The notes below the pieces were generated by a model. The model saw only the letters and a list, made by a program, of their open reading frames with translations. It did not search any database and was not told the origin of the DNA. From assembly GCA_016748015.1 (NCBI GenBank), contig JAAOMT010000258.1, forward strand, positions 560,173-624,172: DNA of 64,000 nt, in the 5' to 3' direction. The translations under genes and the position numbers were made by a program. Below, one piece after another: positions 1 through 16,196 of this stretch. The DNA is from Geosiphon pyriformis uo1 (lineage: Eukaryota > Fungi > Glomeromycota). The stretch's first letter is position 1, and each line of letters opens with the position of its first letter.

Positions 1-2131
1 TTCACTAGTAGATTCCTCATCCTTGCCATCTGCTGAAGAGAAAATTCCGGTGGACCAAGAATGACCCATAAACCAATCAAAAGCACGGAATGTCGGAAAG
101 TATTTGTCTTCAGATGAAGGATTGGCTACATCACGTATAAGACTATTAACCCATTCTTCATGGTTTTTACCCCAAACTTCATCATAATGGCGAATTATGG
201 CGGCAGCATGAATATGGTAGCCATAATGATAATGATGGTCACTTTCAAAAAGAGATGGATATAAAAATTATAGAATAGATTTTGTATAAAATAAGTCAAG
301 GATTGGGTTGATGGGCAAGTTTAGATTGCACGAGTAGTAAATCTGAAATTGGTTCAACATACTTGTACCAAGTATTTCCAAAATCCGCAGTTGGACCGTT
401 TGTAAAGCCTTCTGAACTGATTATTCCTTTCCATGTCGAGTCATATTGAAGTGGAAAAGTTATATTATTACTGACCAAAGGTTCCATAGCAGCCTATTTT
501 CATTGAAAACCATTTAAATCCAACTCGAATCAAAATGGACTAGAGCTTTGTAAAGTTTATTAATAATACCTTGAGTTTATCCAAACATTCTTTTCCAAGA
601 GCTTTATCATCAAGAAAATCGTTCGCAACTAAGCAAACCATGCCAAGTTTGGCCAATCCTTTTCCAGAGAAATATATGGATTTTAAATCCAAAGTTTGTG
701 CCTTAAAATCACTCGCGACATCGAGTTTGGCTTGTTGAGCTATTGTGGCTTTCTGTTCAGCGGTAATATGAGAATACGTTGGTAAGAAGTCGACCTTGTT
801 AAGTTCCTTCTCTACAAAAACCCAGTTATCGCCTAAATAAGCAGTCATCATTCCATTTGTGATCGAAGGCAATTGAATTTCAGTCGGATTAACATTGGAA
901 GTTGGAGAAAAAGATTCAGAGTGATGTGGAAGAGCAAAGTGTAGTAGTGGTTGAGATTCATTTCCTCGCACAACGTTCCATTTGAATGCATAAATTCCAT
1001 TTCTAAAGTTGGTAAAAAATAAAATTATTTCTTATTTCTAATTAATATCGAAAAATGATTCAAAAAATAATTTTACCCGTCACTATTAGAGACTTGAAGC
1101 GTGGCACCGGTTGCATAGGTGCCAACATTTCGATCATACAAAGCTTCGGTTTGAGAACTACCAAATGGTATTTTGGCAATTTGAACGATACCCGTGAATA
1201 GGCCGGAATCAGATCCTAAAAGATTCGGACTTCTCAATTTCAAATCGAGAGGTTTACTTTTATCATTCGACGGTTTTGCATACAAAAGCCATACAACCCC
1301 ATTTTCCAATAATATTCTATATTTTTGCCAGCCGTTTGATACTAATTTTGGTATTTCTTCCGTTACCAATTCAATATTTCGAAATAATACCACAGAACCG
1401 AAAATTGGTGTTAAGTTTTCATAATTTGCTGTCACATAACTCATTCCACGAACAATTGGTATCGAAATATGAGCTGAACGCTCAAATTTTTGGTCTAAGG
1501 CGGCAGGAAAAAGGTTTAATTCTACAGAGAATTCATCAAAATTGGATACTGTCATTGTGTGGTTCACGCCGAATTCACTCGCTGAAATCGAAAGACTCGG
1601 AATGAATGGATTAAAGAAAAATCTAGCTGGATCTGCGGCTGGATCTGGCCCAAATGTCTAAAAATTTCAAATTTTATGTCTTTCAAAGAAATCTCTTAGA
1701 AACCCGAGGTGTTAGACTTGATAAAAATTAAAAGTGCTCACCCTAGTACTTGCGTCGGCCTGCGAAATACTCAACCCTAGGATTCCATTGGTCTGTCCAT
1801 TTTCCCAACGTAGACCATACGGCAGCGGCCAAACTGGTTGACGGCCATTATCCAAAACAAAATTATCGTAAAATTTATTTGTTGGTATCGGAGTTTGTTG
1901 TTCGTCATTTAAACTAGGGCCAAGATGTTGAGGCAAGACAGTATGTTTTATGACAGAAAATAAACTGTCAGGTGCTTTCAGAGATATTGGTTTCAGTAAA
2001 TCAGAATTTATATTAAATTCCATCGGTTTGATTTTCGGATTTTTATAAGGGGCGCTTGAAGCCAATTGGACGAGCATTAAGAAAGATAAAATCGACGATG
2101 ATGATAATATGATATAGAAGCGACGCCACAT
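1..2131 (-). CDS. Secreted endo-1,3(4)-beta-glucanase, glycoside hydrolase family 81 (multi-exon, 3' end runs off the window)
   Basis: Hydrophobic signal peptide (MWRRFYIILSSSSILSFLMLVQLASSAP). GH81 motifs: PIPTNKFYDN, P(I)VRGMSYVTANY, HFALPHH, YFSGKGLAK, YDSTWKGIIS, ADFGNTWY, DHHYHYGYHIHAAAII, FRAFDWFMGHSW. GT-AG introns. Confidence 0.92.
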
Positions 2132-2728
2132 CTTGGATTTCCCGCAATTTAAATAAGTAGGAATAAATAGTTTTATATTCGCCTTTTTAAGTAATGGCAG
2201 ATTTTTGCAATGTGTAAACTACTAAATTCAAGGTGGCTATATAGCTGACATTTATAAGGGTTAGAGAAATATACCTAATATACCAAAGGCTAGCTTAAAC
2301 TTGGTTATTTTTACTATCACGCCAATTTTGGAACAAAAGTTTGTAAAAATATATTATCTATTTTTGCTTTATCTACGGGTTTAGGTTAATTCCTGAACCA
2401 TACGGAATCACAATAAGCGAGATAATGATCAAATTTTCATCTAGGCTCAAAAAGTAAAAGAAGCACACCGTTGTGAATTTCTTTTTTTGATGAACATATA
2501 TATCATCCCATACAAAAAGGAAGTAATTTTCCAATTCTTTGGAAACAAACATATTCCCGGCATTTCTTTTCCTATTTCAAGCTCTTGTATCGTGTTGCTA
2601 TAGCAAACAAACTTACCGCAAAGCAAAGCAAGAGAGAATAATAAAAACTACGAACAAATAGTTTCTATCTCTTAAACTAAGATTATTGAACACACCAAGT
2701 AAGTCTTTTGGGTTGCTAGCCTAATCTG

Positions 2729-6138
<3,410 letters not shown>

Positions 6139-7622
6139 TTACTTTTTGGCTATAACAAAGTTTCGAGATTGGTTTACTTTCTACTTATTTTTGGAATAAC
6201 GTTACACATGTTATGTCGCAATACAATGGATATGATGGGTAGAGTCATTTTTTAAAAAAAGTATTCACCTGCCAATTTTAGTCAGTTTTCGCTGCTCAGA
6301 AATTAATTTTTAGGCATTTTGAAAATTAGGGGGGTAAAAATGACTGTTTTTTTTTAATCAATCTAAAAACATGCCATAAAAAGATTGACTGTAACTCAAA
6401 CTAGTATATTTTAGGGAAAATCTCAAGTGGTTTGCTAAGTTAGATGGAGAAACGTAACCATTCAAGCCTTGAAAATTTTGAAATCATCAATGATTTTTTT
6501 TTGTAGCTTAAAATTCCAAGGCTTTAAAATTTAAAAAATGAAAATTTCGATAGCTGTAATATTAAATAAGTTATAGTTGAGCTCAAATTTCTTAATACAT
6601 CGTTAAAGATGTATAGTAATTTAAAAAATTAAAATAAGAGATCTTTATAATAAAAAATTTATTTTATTATAAAATTTTAAATATTAAATATTATAAAATG
6701 TAAAACAAGTAAAATTATCTGTTATGAATTTGCAAGTATATTTCAAAGTAAAAATAACTTTAAAATTATTTTGTTTTTATTGTGAAATCAAAAAAGAAAT
6801 TACAAAGAATTAATTTAAGTATTCGAAGTAAATATTAATAACCATTAATTTATAAATATACAAATCAATACTATATTTTTTATTTTGAGAATATTGCGAT
6901 ATAATATTTATTTTGATTTTGATTTAAATATAAGATAATTTTTATTGTTGTATATGTAGATATATATTAATTTAATTGAAAGTGTTTTTTCAAATGCTTA
7001 CCCCTTTTTTAAAAATTAACATAATTTTTCAAAATAAATTTATTAAGTAAAAATAAGTATTTAAAATTAATTTTAAACAAAACTTTATGATTAATTTGTT
7101 TAACCAGTATTAATTAAATTTTCCAATTAATAAAATTTTAATTAATGACTTTAATTTTAATAATACTAACATTTAAATAATATAAAATAAATAAAAAAGG
7201 CTTTAAATAACAAAATCATAAAACTTCATAAAATATTAATGTGTAATTATGTAATTTTATATTATTAATTTTTATTAATTGTATTTATTAAAATGAATAT
7301 TAAATATTTTAAATATAATTTTTTTTAATTTATATTTTTTTTTGTATCTTAAATTATTTTTAAAATCATAATTTTTTTTAATATTTTGTAAAATTTTGAT
7401 TAATTATTGAATTTAAAAGTTGATAAAAAATAGTATTAATATTAAAAAATTGAACATAAATAATATAGTTAATTTAACATCATACATTAATATATTCTTT
7501 ATATAATTTATAAAAAAAACAATTATTGTATATTATTAAACAAATCATTACAAAAATTTTATTCAAAAAATTGTAAATGTTTAAATTACAATTATAAAAA
7601 GAATATATATTATCATTATTAC

Positions 7623-7680
<58 letters not shown>
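7623..7680. repeat. (TTA)n microsatellite within an AT-rich intergenic patch (~6550-7760)
   Basis: Direct reading: about 19 tandem TAT/TTA units. Confidence 0.95.
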
Positions 7681-7681
<1 letters not shown>

Positions 7682-9484
7682 GTATATTAAATACTACTAA
7701 ATCAATAATTAGAAAAATTATAAATAAAAAATATATTTATTAACCTTTAAACTCCAACAACAATCACTCGTGGTTTATTATTTCTTAAAAGTTATAATCT
7801 CGCTGAGATTACTTGAAAATTCGAGATGTATATAATAACTTTTTTTCTGCGCCTTTTATAATTGGAGTTTTACTTCTTTCATGTTGAAAGATAAACATTA
7901 TCCTAAAAGCTCTTCACTGAATTAGATTTGAGCAATCTTTGAGTCTTCCTCCATCTATTCCTTTCGATTTAATGGAAGGCCAATCTTTTAAGTATTTTCA
8001 CATTTCTTTTAGTACTTTACAAAAGTCTGCAGATAAAGATAAAGCAACATATTAATCAATTAAATAGTGGTGAACGAACTTGCAAATATGAATCATTTGA
8101 TACATACCATAATTTCTTAGGAATATATATGTCCGTAAAAGTGCGATTTGTCACTTAATTTTAACCCATTACCTTATTCAGTTAATATAATATCTCTGAA
8201 ATAAATTCAATGTGATAAAAATTTGTTTTTACGCGTGTCCACAGACACCAAGGGTTCAAGTCTTTTAATACTTTTTATACTTTTGGGTAAAAATGAAACT
8301 TGGAATTTTTAGTTGGATGAAATATAAAAAGCTTGTAAAATTCATAATTTATAAAACTTGGTGGTTTTATTAAGGTGTACTCTTTTTTTGAACGCTATAA
8401 GAAATTGATATAAAATTTGCAAAATTTAGAATGGTAATTTTGGGTTTGAATTTATTATTATGATTTTCAACAAGACTTTTCGTAAACCTCATTTTTAAAC
8501 TAATAACCCAATTATCCACTATTTCCATCCTTAATCCACCCAGTCAAATATCTCACTTGCAAGAATTCGCACCTACTATTTTCGAATTCCCTTGTATAAT
8601 CTGTCTTTCCCTAACGGTTTTAATTGAATAATTATCTCCTAATTCGTGGCTTTCTCTCAACAAAACCCCTAAAAAATAAAATTCAAAGCAAGAGATAATT
8701 ATTTAAAAAGAAATATTTTCGGGGACAAAAACCATCGAATTATAAACTACAATTTTATTACTTACGAAAAGAGGTTCGCGTCGGATCTTCCGAAACAGCT
8801 TGCACAACATTTTTGCGTATGATTTGTGCCACTTTTTGGGCGTAATCGACTTTCTGAATAAAAAAAAGCCAATCTCATTTTTAATCCGATGTTTATACTA
8901 TTAATATTCTTATCAAAATTTTTTACCTCTAGAATTGCTTTTTGATTTATCTCATTGGCATTTGACAAAAAACCTTTTTTAGTCTGATCTCGAGCCGCTT
9001 TTCATTTCAAAAATTATTAATTAATAGTGTGTAAAAATATATATTTCAAATGCAATCCACAATTCAATCTAAGTTAATCCTTTGAAACATAATTCACCTT
9101 GAAGGCGCTCAAAATCGCCTGATTAATAGAAAATTTAGTAGAAATGTATCATCAGGGAATTTTTATTCAAAATATAATGAAATGCATATATAATAACGAA
9201 TAACGTGGAAAAGTATACCATGAAAAGTCTCCCGTTCGGCCTTCAATAAATCCCGATACGCTTTTAACACTAAGGCACGTAATCCCGTCTTCGATGTTGA
9301 TAAACATGTGGCAGTTTTTTGGGTAGACATTTATCAGTCAAAAACCTAGTTGATCAATTTTTTTTCAACATTTCTCGGTGTGCTTTTGATCAGCATACCG
9401 TCACTATTTCATTAATAATTGGAATGATCAAAAATTGCTGTAATCTCCGTTTCGCTTTGGCTACCAAATACACCTAGAGTTAAA

Positions 9485-10886
9485 ATGCTCAATTTCAAAT
9501 CTCGTTTGATTGTTCTTAATCTTTGCAATTCAAGAGCCTTTTCTTACCACCCAGCTCTTGCTTCCAAATCGAGAAGCTTGATTGTTCAGACGTTTAGAAA
9601 TCAATTTACACGTGGATTTTATGTACCAACAGAAAACCGCGTGAAACAAAAAGATAAAAATCCAGGTCAAGTTAAAAAAATGATAACGCATATAATTTAT
9701 TAACTAAGATCTTTTATCAAAATCAAAACTTGGAAATAAATAGAAGCCGAAAATTTACCACGACGTTTTTGGGAAAAAGTAACTTTGAAATTAGATGAAT
9801 CTAAAGGTAAAATAGATTTATAACCTAAGATCTTACCAAAAATATTTTCTTAATAAATTCTCAACTTACCTTTTGAATCCTATAAACTGGACCAAATATT
9901 CTAAGGAATTTACCTAATATTGTTGGACAAACGTGTTTTAAAAACCCCAGGCGGTGTTCCACTGAGTATACAACCTACTAAAAAGACAGTAGCATATTTG
10001 GTTGCAGGTGAATGGGAGTCACAAAAAACTGTGATAAAGCCTCATTTATTGCCACTGGTTGGTAAATAATTATCTTTTCATTAAATTAATTTTTTCCTCT
10101 ATGTTAATTCTCATTTCTTCTCTTGATAAATCGAATAGACTTCTTTGGTTGCTAGAGCCATTGATACTTTCACAGATCTTCATTCGAAGCAGCGTGAGAA
10201 AGCCATTTTACGTTTACTTCCATATTTTGACACAGATACAATTTGGTAGGGTAATTGTCGTATACTTTTCCCTTGCATAATTTTCTGACTCGTCAAATGT
10301 GTTTGAACATTCTATAGCTATCAACAGCCATTTCCGGAATCTCTCGTAGAGTTACAAACTCTATATTGGAATCCAGTTTTACTATGGGCCCAACAATTCT
10401 ATGAAGTTGAAATCAAGACAACTCATAAAATCATAGGCGTAAGACAGCCACAAGTTACTAAAGATAAATTATGGAAAGTCGTCGATAAATTTGACCCATT
10501 AAAATTGGCCGGTATGATGCATTTTTTTAACTTCAGTTTGATTATTATCAATTTCTTTGATCAAGAGAAAATAAACATGAGGGATTCGTTGGTTGATCAG
10601 CCTTTGAGCGAGCGGTGATGACTTCCAAATCTTATCTCATTGGACTTGGACTAGTAGAGAAACAGTTCACAGCGGAACAAGCAACGCAGGCTGCTCAGGT
10701 CGAGATGGTATCCCAAACCATGCAATGGGGGCAAATTGAAAACGGTAAGTAGGATTGTCTTGGTAATTAAATAGCCCTTCCTCATACTGGAATCGTTTTA
10801 TTATCACAGTCCATGATCTTGAACATGAAGAAATTAGGCGTCAACTTGGATCTGTTGCCTGCGCATTAATTACAAATGATGCCTAA
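9485..10886 (+). CDS. ATP12: Mitochondrial F1-ATPase assembly factor Atp12/ATPAF2, multi-exon
   Basis: Arg/Ser-rich presequence. Spliced PRRFWEKV, LLDKRVLKTPGG, AGEWESQ, LRLLHILTQ region read as FDTDTIC in the spliced frame, SKSYLIGL, QWGQIE, HDLEHEEIRRQLGS. Stop TAA 10884-10886. Confidence 0.9.
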
Positions 10887-11101
10887 GAATAGACAAAGAA
10901 TTGCATATATCAATTTTAAATGGGATGTCATACCAAAATAACAAAAAAAACCTAATGATTTGATGAATATGCCGTGTTTTAATCGCATCTCAGCAAATAT
11001 TTGATTCCGCATCTAGCCTTGTCTTCTTTGTGTCAATTATTACCTTCCTAATGTCAAGGTGGTCACTTTGAAACTTAAATTTATCTACTATTTTTGATAA
11101 T

Positions 11102-12075
11102 TTAAATTAAAATAGGTTCATCAATTGGGGGAGGAAAATCAATTATGGGTTTTGATTCATCCTTAGGAGGTAATTTATTTCCTTGGGGAGCTTGGATTAG
11201 CCATTCTTTTGGAAATATATAGTTCGGATGTTTTCGCTTAATATGACGTAAATCAATTGGAATATCGGCAAAGGTATCTTTCATATCCTATCAAAGAAAA
11301 TATTAATTAATAGCCGCCAAATTGAGACTCACGCGCAAAAATGCTATTGAAGTTAAAAAACAAAGGGAATACTACAGTTACCTTTGCTTCATTAACCAAA
11401 CGATCCAACAAATCACTCAAATACTTTTTATTTTGTGCTTGATGGGGGAATTTATCACAAACAAATTTAAGCGAGCCTCGGAAGGGCCACTCCTTGTCAT
11501 TGAATGTTTGTTTCCATGGCGCCCCTTTGGGAAGATTATAATGCGGCCCACATAATACTATAAATTTGTGTGCTTGAACACGAACCATCTGTGTTTGCAA
11601 GATTAGATCACTAAGTTGAAATGTTAGTACAACTTTTTTTTCAATTGGGCTCGGTTCTCCTATTAACCATTGCGTTTGAAAGCAAAGTATTTGTGACTTT
11701 TTCGGTGGAATGAATGGCTCTATAAACTCTAGAGACAAAGGAAAAAAAATTGACGTTGGTTGTTACCAAAAACTGTTTAAAAGAAGACTTAAAACGTAAA
11801 ATGCTAGGCCTACTATTAAGTTGGGGTATCTCGTATTTAGTCTTTCGAAGGTACTTTCGCACCTCACGTTGTGACCACAAAATCTCCTGCCCAGTTGAAG
11901 TCATATCGTCGAATCGATATTCATCCATTCTTTCAACGTCATAGCCTGCCTTTTCACGCAAAGGAGCAAGCCGACGCTGTTTACGGGCATTTGGGACGAA
12001 TGTAGTAGAAAAGAATCTACGAGGGGTTAAATTTGAGTGTGTGTTGAGCGAAATTAGGAATGTCCTTTTTAACAT
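11102..12075 (-). CDS. RSM24: Mitochondrial small-subunit ribosomal protein mS35/Rsm24, 3 exons
   Basis: Presequence MLKRTFLISL..PRRFFSTTF. FDDMTSTGQ..QREVRKYLRKTKYEIPQL, EPFIPP, EKKVVL, HKFIVLCGP, CDKFPHQAQNKKYLSDLL..L.NEAK, DTFADIPIDLRH..FPKEW. Confidence 0.88.
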
Positions 12076-12239
12076 TATCAATTTAATATGACAAATTGAA
12101 GAATAGGAAGGTCTTTTGCAAATTGGGGTATCCAGAATCGCTGATCCTGTAAAAATTAAAATTTTCAAGATTCACCTCTTGTTAAACATCTTTAATAGAA
12201 AGTCAGCTTATCGCCCAAACTCTTTTAAGAGCACCCAAG
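12076..12239. promoter_or_regulatory. Probable bidirectional promoter shared by RSM24 and RAD3
   Basis: Only 164 bp separate the divergent start codons (12075 on -, 12240 on +). Confidence 0.6.
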
Positions 12240-15200
12240 ATGATGTTAGTGCTTAAATGTTATTGAAATCATTTTAAATTTGCAACAGAATATAACCCAA
12301 ACGAGAGTTGCATTTCTTTAGATTCAACATTGGCGAAATTACTGTCTATTTCCCTTACGACAAAATATATCCTGAACAATATGCCTATATGGTTGATCTC
12401 AAAAAGGCTCTTGACGCAGGGGTAAAGAGTTGCTCAATTTTTTGGACCCTCACCCTTCGCTATTAGATCTAAATCTAATTTTATTTTTACAGGGTCATTG
12501 CCTTCTCGAGATGCCCTCAGGAACAGGAAAAACCGTCTCCCTTCTATCTCTCATAGTGGCTTATCAAACGGTGCTGTGACAATTTAGATTCTTTCAAACT
12601 TCCAGAAAACTCAACCTCTCGGCTAAAACGGCATACGAATCTTGTACAAAGCATTTTCCTAAACAAGATAGAAAATTAATTTACTGTTCTCGAACTGTCC
12701 CCGAAATTGAGAAGGCCTTAGCAGAATTAAAAAATCTTTACCAGTATCGTACAAATAATCATTGTAATAAGCAATTTCTTGGTATCGGGTTGACATCTCG
12801 AAAGAATCTTTGTTTGCATCCTGAGGTGAGAAAATCCCCACATGACAGAATTTAAATTTTATGCAAATTTTAATAACTACTCAAATTCAGGTTAGTAAAG
12901 AAAAAAAAGGCAAAGTGGTGGATGCTCGTTGTCGTAATATGACCGCTTCATGGGTCAGAGAAAAGGGTGGAAATACAAAGTTATGCGACTTCTATGAGGT
13001 GACCGAGCATTTCTAATACTAGGCTGATTACAATTTCAAAGTAATAGGATCACTTCATTGCTTAATTTCATGATAAATTTAGCAATTGGAAGCTGCTGAT
13101 CAGCAAAATTTATTGCCTGATGGGGTATACACCCTTGAAGATCTTCGAATTGAAGGCAATAAAAATCAGTTTTGTCCATATTATTTGGCCAGAAGATTGG
13201 TAGGTTCAAATAATACCGCCGATTTTGAATTACTTCTAATATGTCATCTCTTTTCTACATTCGTAGATTTCTTTTGCTAATGTAGTGATTTATAGTTATC
13301 ATTATCTTCTCGATCCCAAAGTTGCCGAATTAATATCTAAAGAGCTTTCCAAAGATTCAATTGTCGTGTTCGATGAAGCTCATAATATTGGTATTTATTC
13401 ATTCACCGACTCATTTTCTTTGAGAATAGTTATTCATATCTTTTTTAATCATGTGTGCAATAAGACAACGTATGCATAGAGTCTTTAAGCATTGATATCA
13501 CCAAACCAATGTTGGATTTAAGTGCCAGAAATCTCGCTGATTTAACGGCTAAAGTAGAATTGTATATATATATTTTTTCTTTGTGAATTCTTTCTCGTAA
13601 TTCAATATTGTAGATAAAAATAATTCAATTTTTTGAAAACTACCTTTGGTCAGGATCAAGCAAACAGATTCTCAAAGGTTACAAAACGAGTATCAGAGAC
13701 TTGTTGAAGGTTAGGATATCCTCCTATAAAGTTGATTCTCAATCGATAAGGTTAAATTTCATATGAAGAGTTGTACATTTCTAGGTCTAAAAGAAGCACG
13801 ACAATACCGTGATGAAGATGTCTACATGGCAAACCCTAGTATGATTTCTCTTATCTTGGTTAAGCTTATTAAATAATTCATCAAATCATGAACCTTCTTG
13901 TAATTTAGTATTGCCTGATGATTTGTTGAAAGAAGCTGTACCGGGTGGCATAAGACGCGCTGAACATTTTATAGGATTTCTTCGGCGCTTCGTTGAATAT
14001 CTAAAGGTGAAAAATGATTCAATTTTTTATCTCATATTACCACCCAGAACACCTTTTATTGAAATATATAAAGACTCGTATGCGCGTACAACACGTCATT
14101 GCAGAAACGCCTGCGTCTTTCCTCCAAAATTTGAGAGACGTAACCTTAATCGAGCGCAAGCCTTTGAGGTAATCTCATATTAAAATCGCACTTTAAACTT
14201 GATTTTTCAAATGATTTTAATCAGAATTTTACTTAAGGTTTTGCAGTGAACGCTTAACAGCTCTAGTTCGTACGCTGGAGCTAACTGATCTCGATCATTT
14301 TTACGCCTTGCAAAAAGTTGCCGCTTTTGCCACACTTATCGCTACATATGATAAAGGTAGTTTAATTTTCCGAGTTGATATAGGCAAAGTATTAATCATT
14401 AACACAAAGTATTTGCTAGGCTTTTTGTTAATTTTGGAACCATTCGAATCGGATTTGATGCCAAATCCTATTCTGCATCACACGTTAGTCTTATCATAAA
14501 GTTTATTTGATAGTTTCTTTTCATGAAAAACTTCAATTGATTGGTCTTCCTTTTTTTAACTTTGCATTACAGATGTCTTGATGCCTCTATTGCGATTAAA
14601 CCTGTTTTTCAAAGATTCAGCTCTGTTGTCATAACATCTGGAACACTTTCCCCTCTTGATATGTATCCCAAGATACTTTCCTTTCAAGCTGCCGTCCAAG
14701 AAAGCTATTCGATGACACTAACACGAACATGCTTTCTTCCCCTGGTCGGCCACCCTTTGAGAATTATTTGCTCTATGATACATAGCGTATTCCTATTCCC
14801 CCTTGAGCTAAAATCAGTCCTAAATATTCTAGGTAATTACCAGAGGTAGCGATCAAGTTGCGATCAGCTCTAAATTCGAAGTGCGAAATGATCCTGCAGT
14901 AGTTCGTAATTTTGGACAAATTCTCGCCGAATGCGCAAAGATTGTGCCAGATGGAATTGTGGCGTTTTTTCCCAGCTATCTTTATATGGAATCCATCGTT
15001 GCAATGTGGCATGAAATGGTAATTAAAATAGGATATTTTTTAAGTTATATACATTATCATAATTTAGCTCTGATGAAATTGAAAATCAAATGACAGGGAA
15101 TTTTGAACCAAGCGTGGAAAAGCAAATTAATATTCGTTGAAACCCCTGATGCATCTGAGACAAGCCTAGCGCTCGAAAGTTATAGAAAGGTATGATGCTT

Positions 15201-15914
15201 TCTAATGTGTAATTTCATTAATAAGTTTAATAATATAATAGTTTTTTACTAATTCGAACAAATATATTTTTTTAGGCGTGTGACAATGGACGTGGTGCTA
15301 TTCTATTATCAGTCGCACGTGGCAAAGTATCCGAGGGTATTGATTTTGATCATAATTATGGAAGGGCTGTAATTATGTTCGGAGTTCCATATCAATATAC
15401 TGAAAGTCGAATTTTGAAGGTGTATATTATTTCCATAAGTTTTTCAATATAAACAACAAATCTGAATGTTTTCCTTGTTTTATCTTTCGATTACAGGCGA
15501 GATTAGAATTTTTACGTGACAATTATCGCATCAGAGAAAACGATTTCCTCACTTTTGACGCAATGCGTCATGCAGCCCAATGTGTTGGACGTGTTTTACG
15601 TGGCAAAACTGATTACGGATTAATGATATTTGCAGATAAGGTAAACAAGGCACGATTGAATTCAATGTCTTTTAAAAAAACTAATTAAATTGCTCATATT
15701 CCAGCGCTTTGGTCGTGCTGATAAGCGGGCAAAGTTACCAAAATGGATTAATCAATATATAACTGAAGCCAACACAAACCTTTCAACAGACATGGCACTG
15801 GTAAATGCTAAGAAGTTCTTGAGGGCAATGGCCCAACCTTTTGAACATTCAAATGAATCTCTTTGGACAGTTACAGATATTATCTCAAGGCAAAATGCAG
15901 AAAGAAGGGTCTAG
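12240..15914 (+). CDS. RAD3: TFIIH/NER DNA helicase XPD (Rad3/ERCC2), about 20 exons
   Basis: ATG AT|intron|A TTC gives [21 protein letters not shown]. Walker [10 protein letters not shown]. Four Fe-S cysteines ([24 protein letters not shown]). [42 protein letters not shown]. All introns GT-AG. Confidence 0.97.
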
Positions 15915-16196
15915 AGAACTGAATTGTAATTGAATATATTTCAATATTGATGCATTAATTTGAGTATGATCATTCATCGGCTGGAACAAAATACCCGATA
16001 CCTATTTTAGAATTGTATTACAATTAAAATCCTTTGGTAGCTAAATGATTTCTTCGCAGGCAATGTGACTGCGTCATAGTGTTCATTGGCTCCAAAAAAA
16101 GGTTTTAACTCTTGAAATTTTTAATCGCCATATTATCAGAACAAGTTTGAGTATCATTGATAAATTCCTCAAGATTTCAACGTAACTTTAAACATA

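Noticed and set aside
8232-8266. B-box-like gggttcaagtc (also 2839 and the window-end ggttcgat) as tRNA or SINE
   Set aside because: No cloverleaf or convincing A-box. The window-end motif is truncated and cannot be judged.
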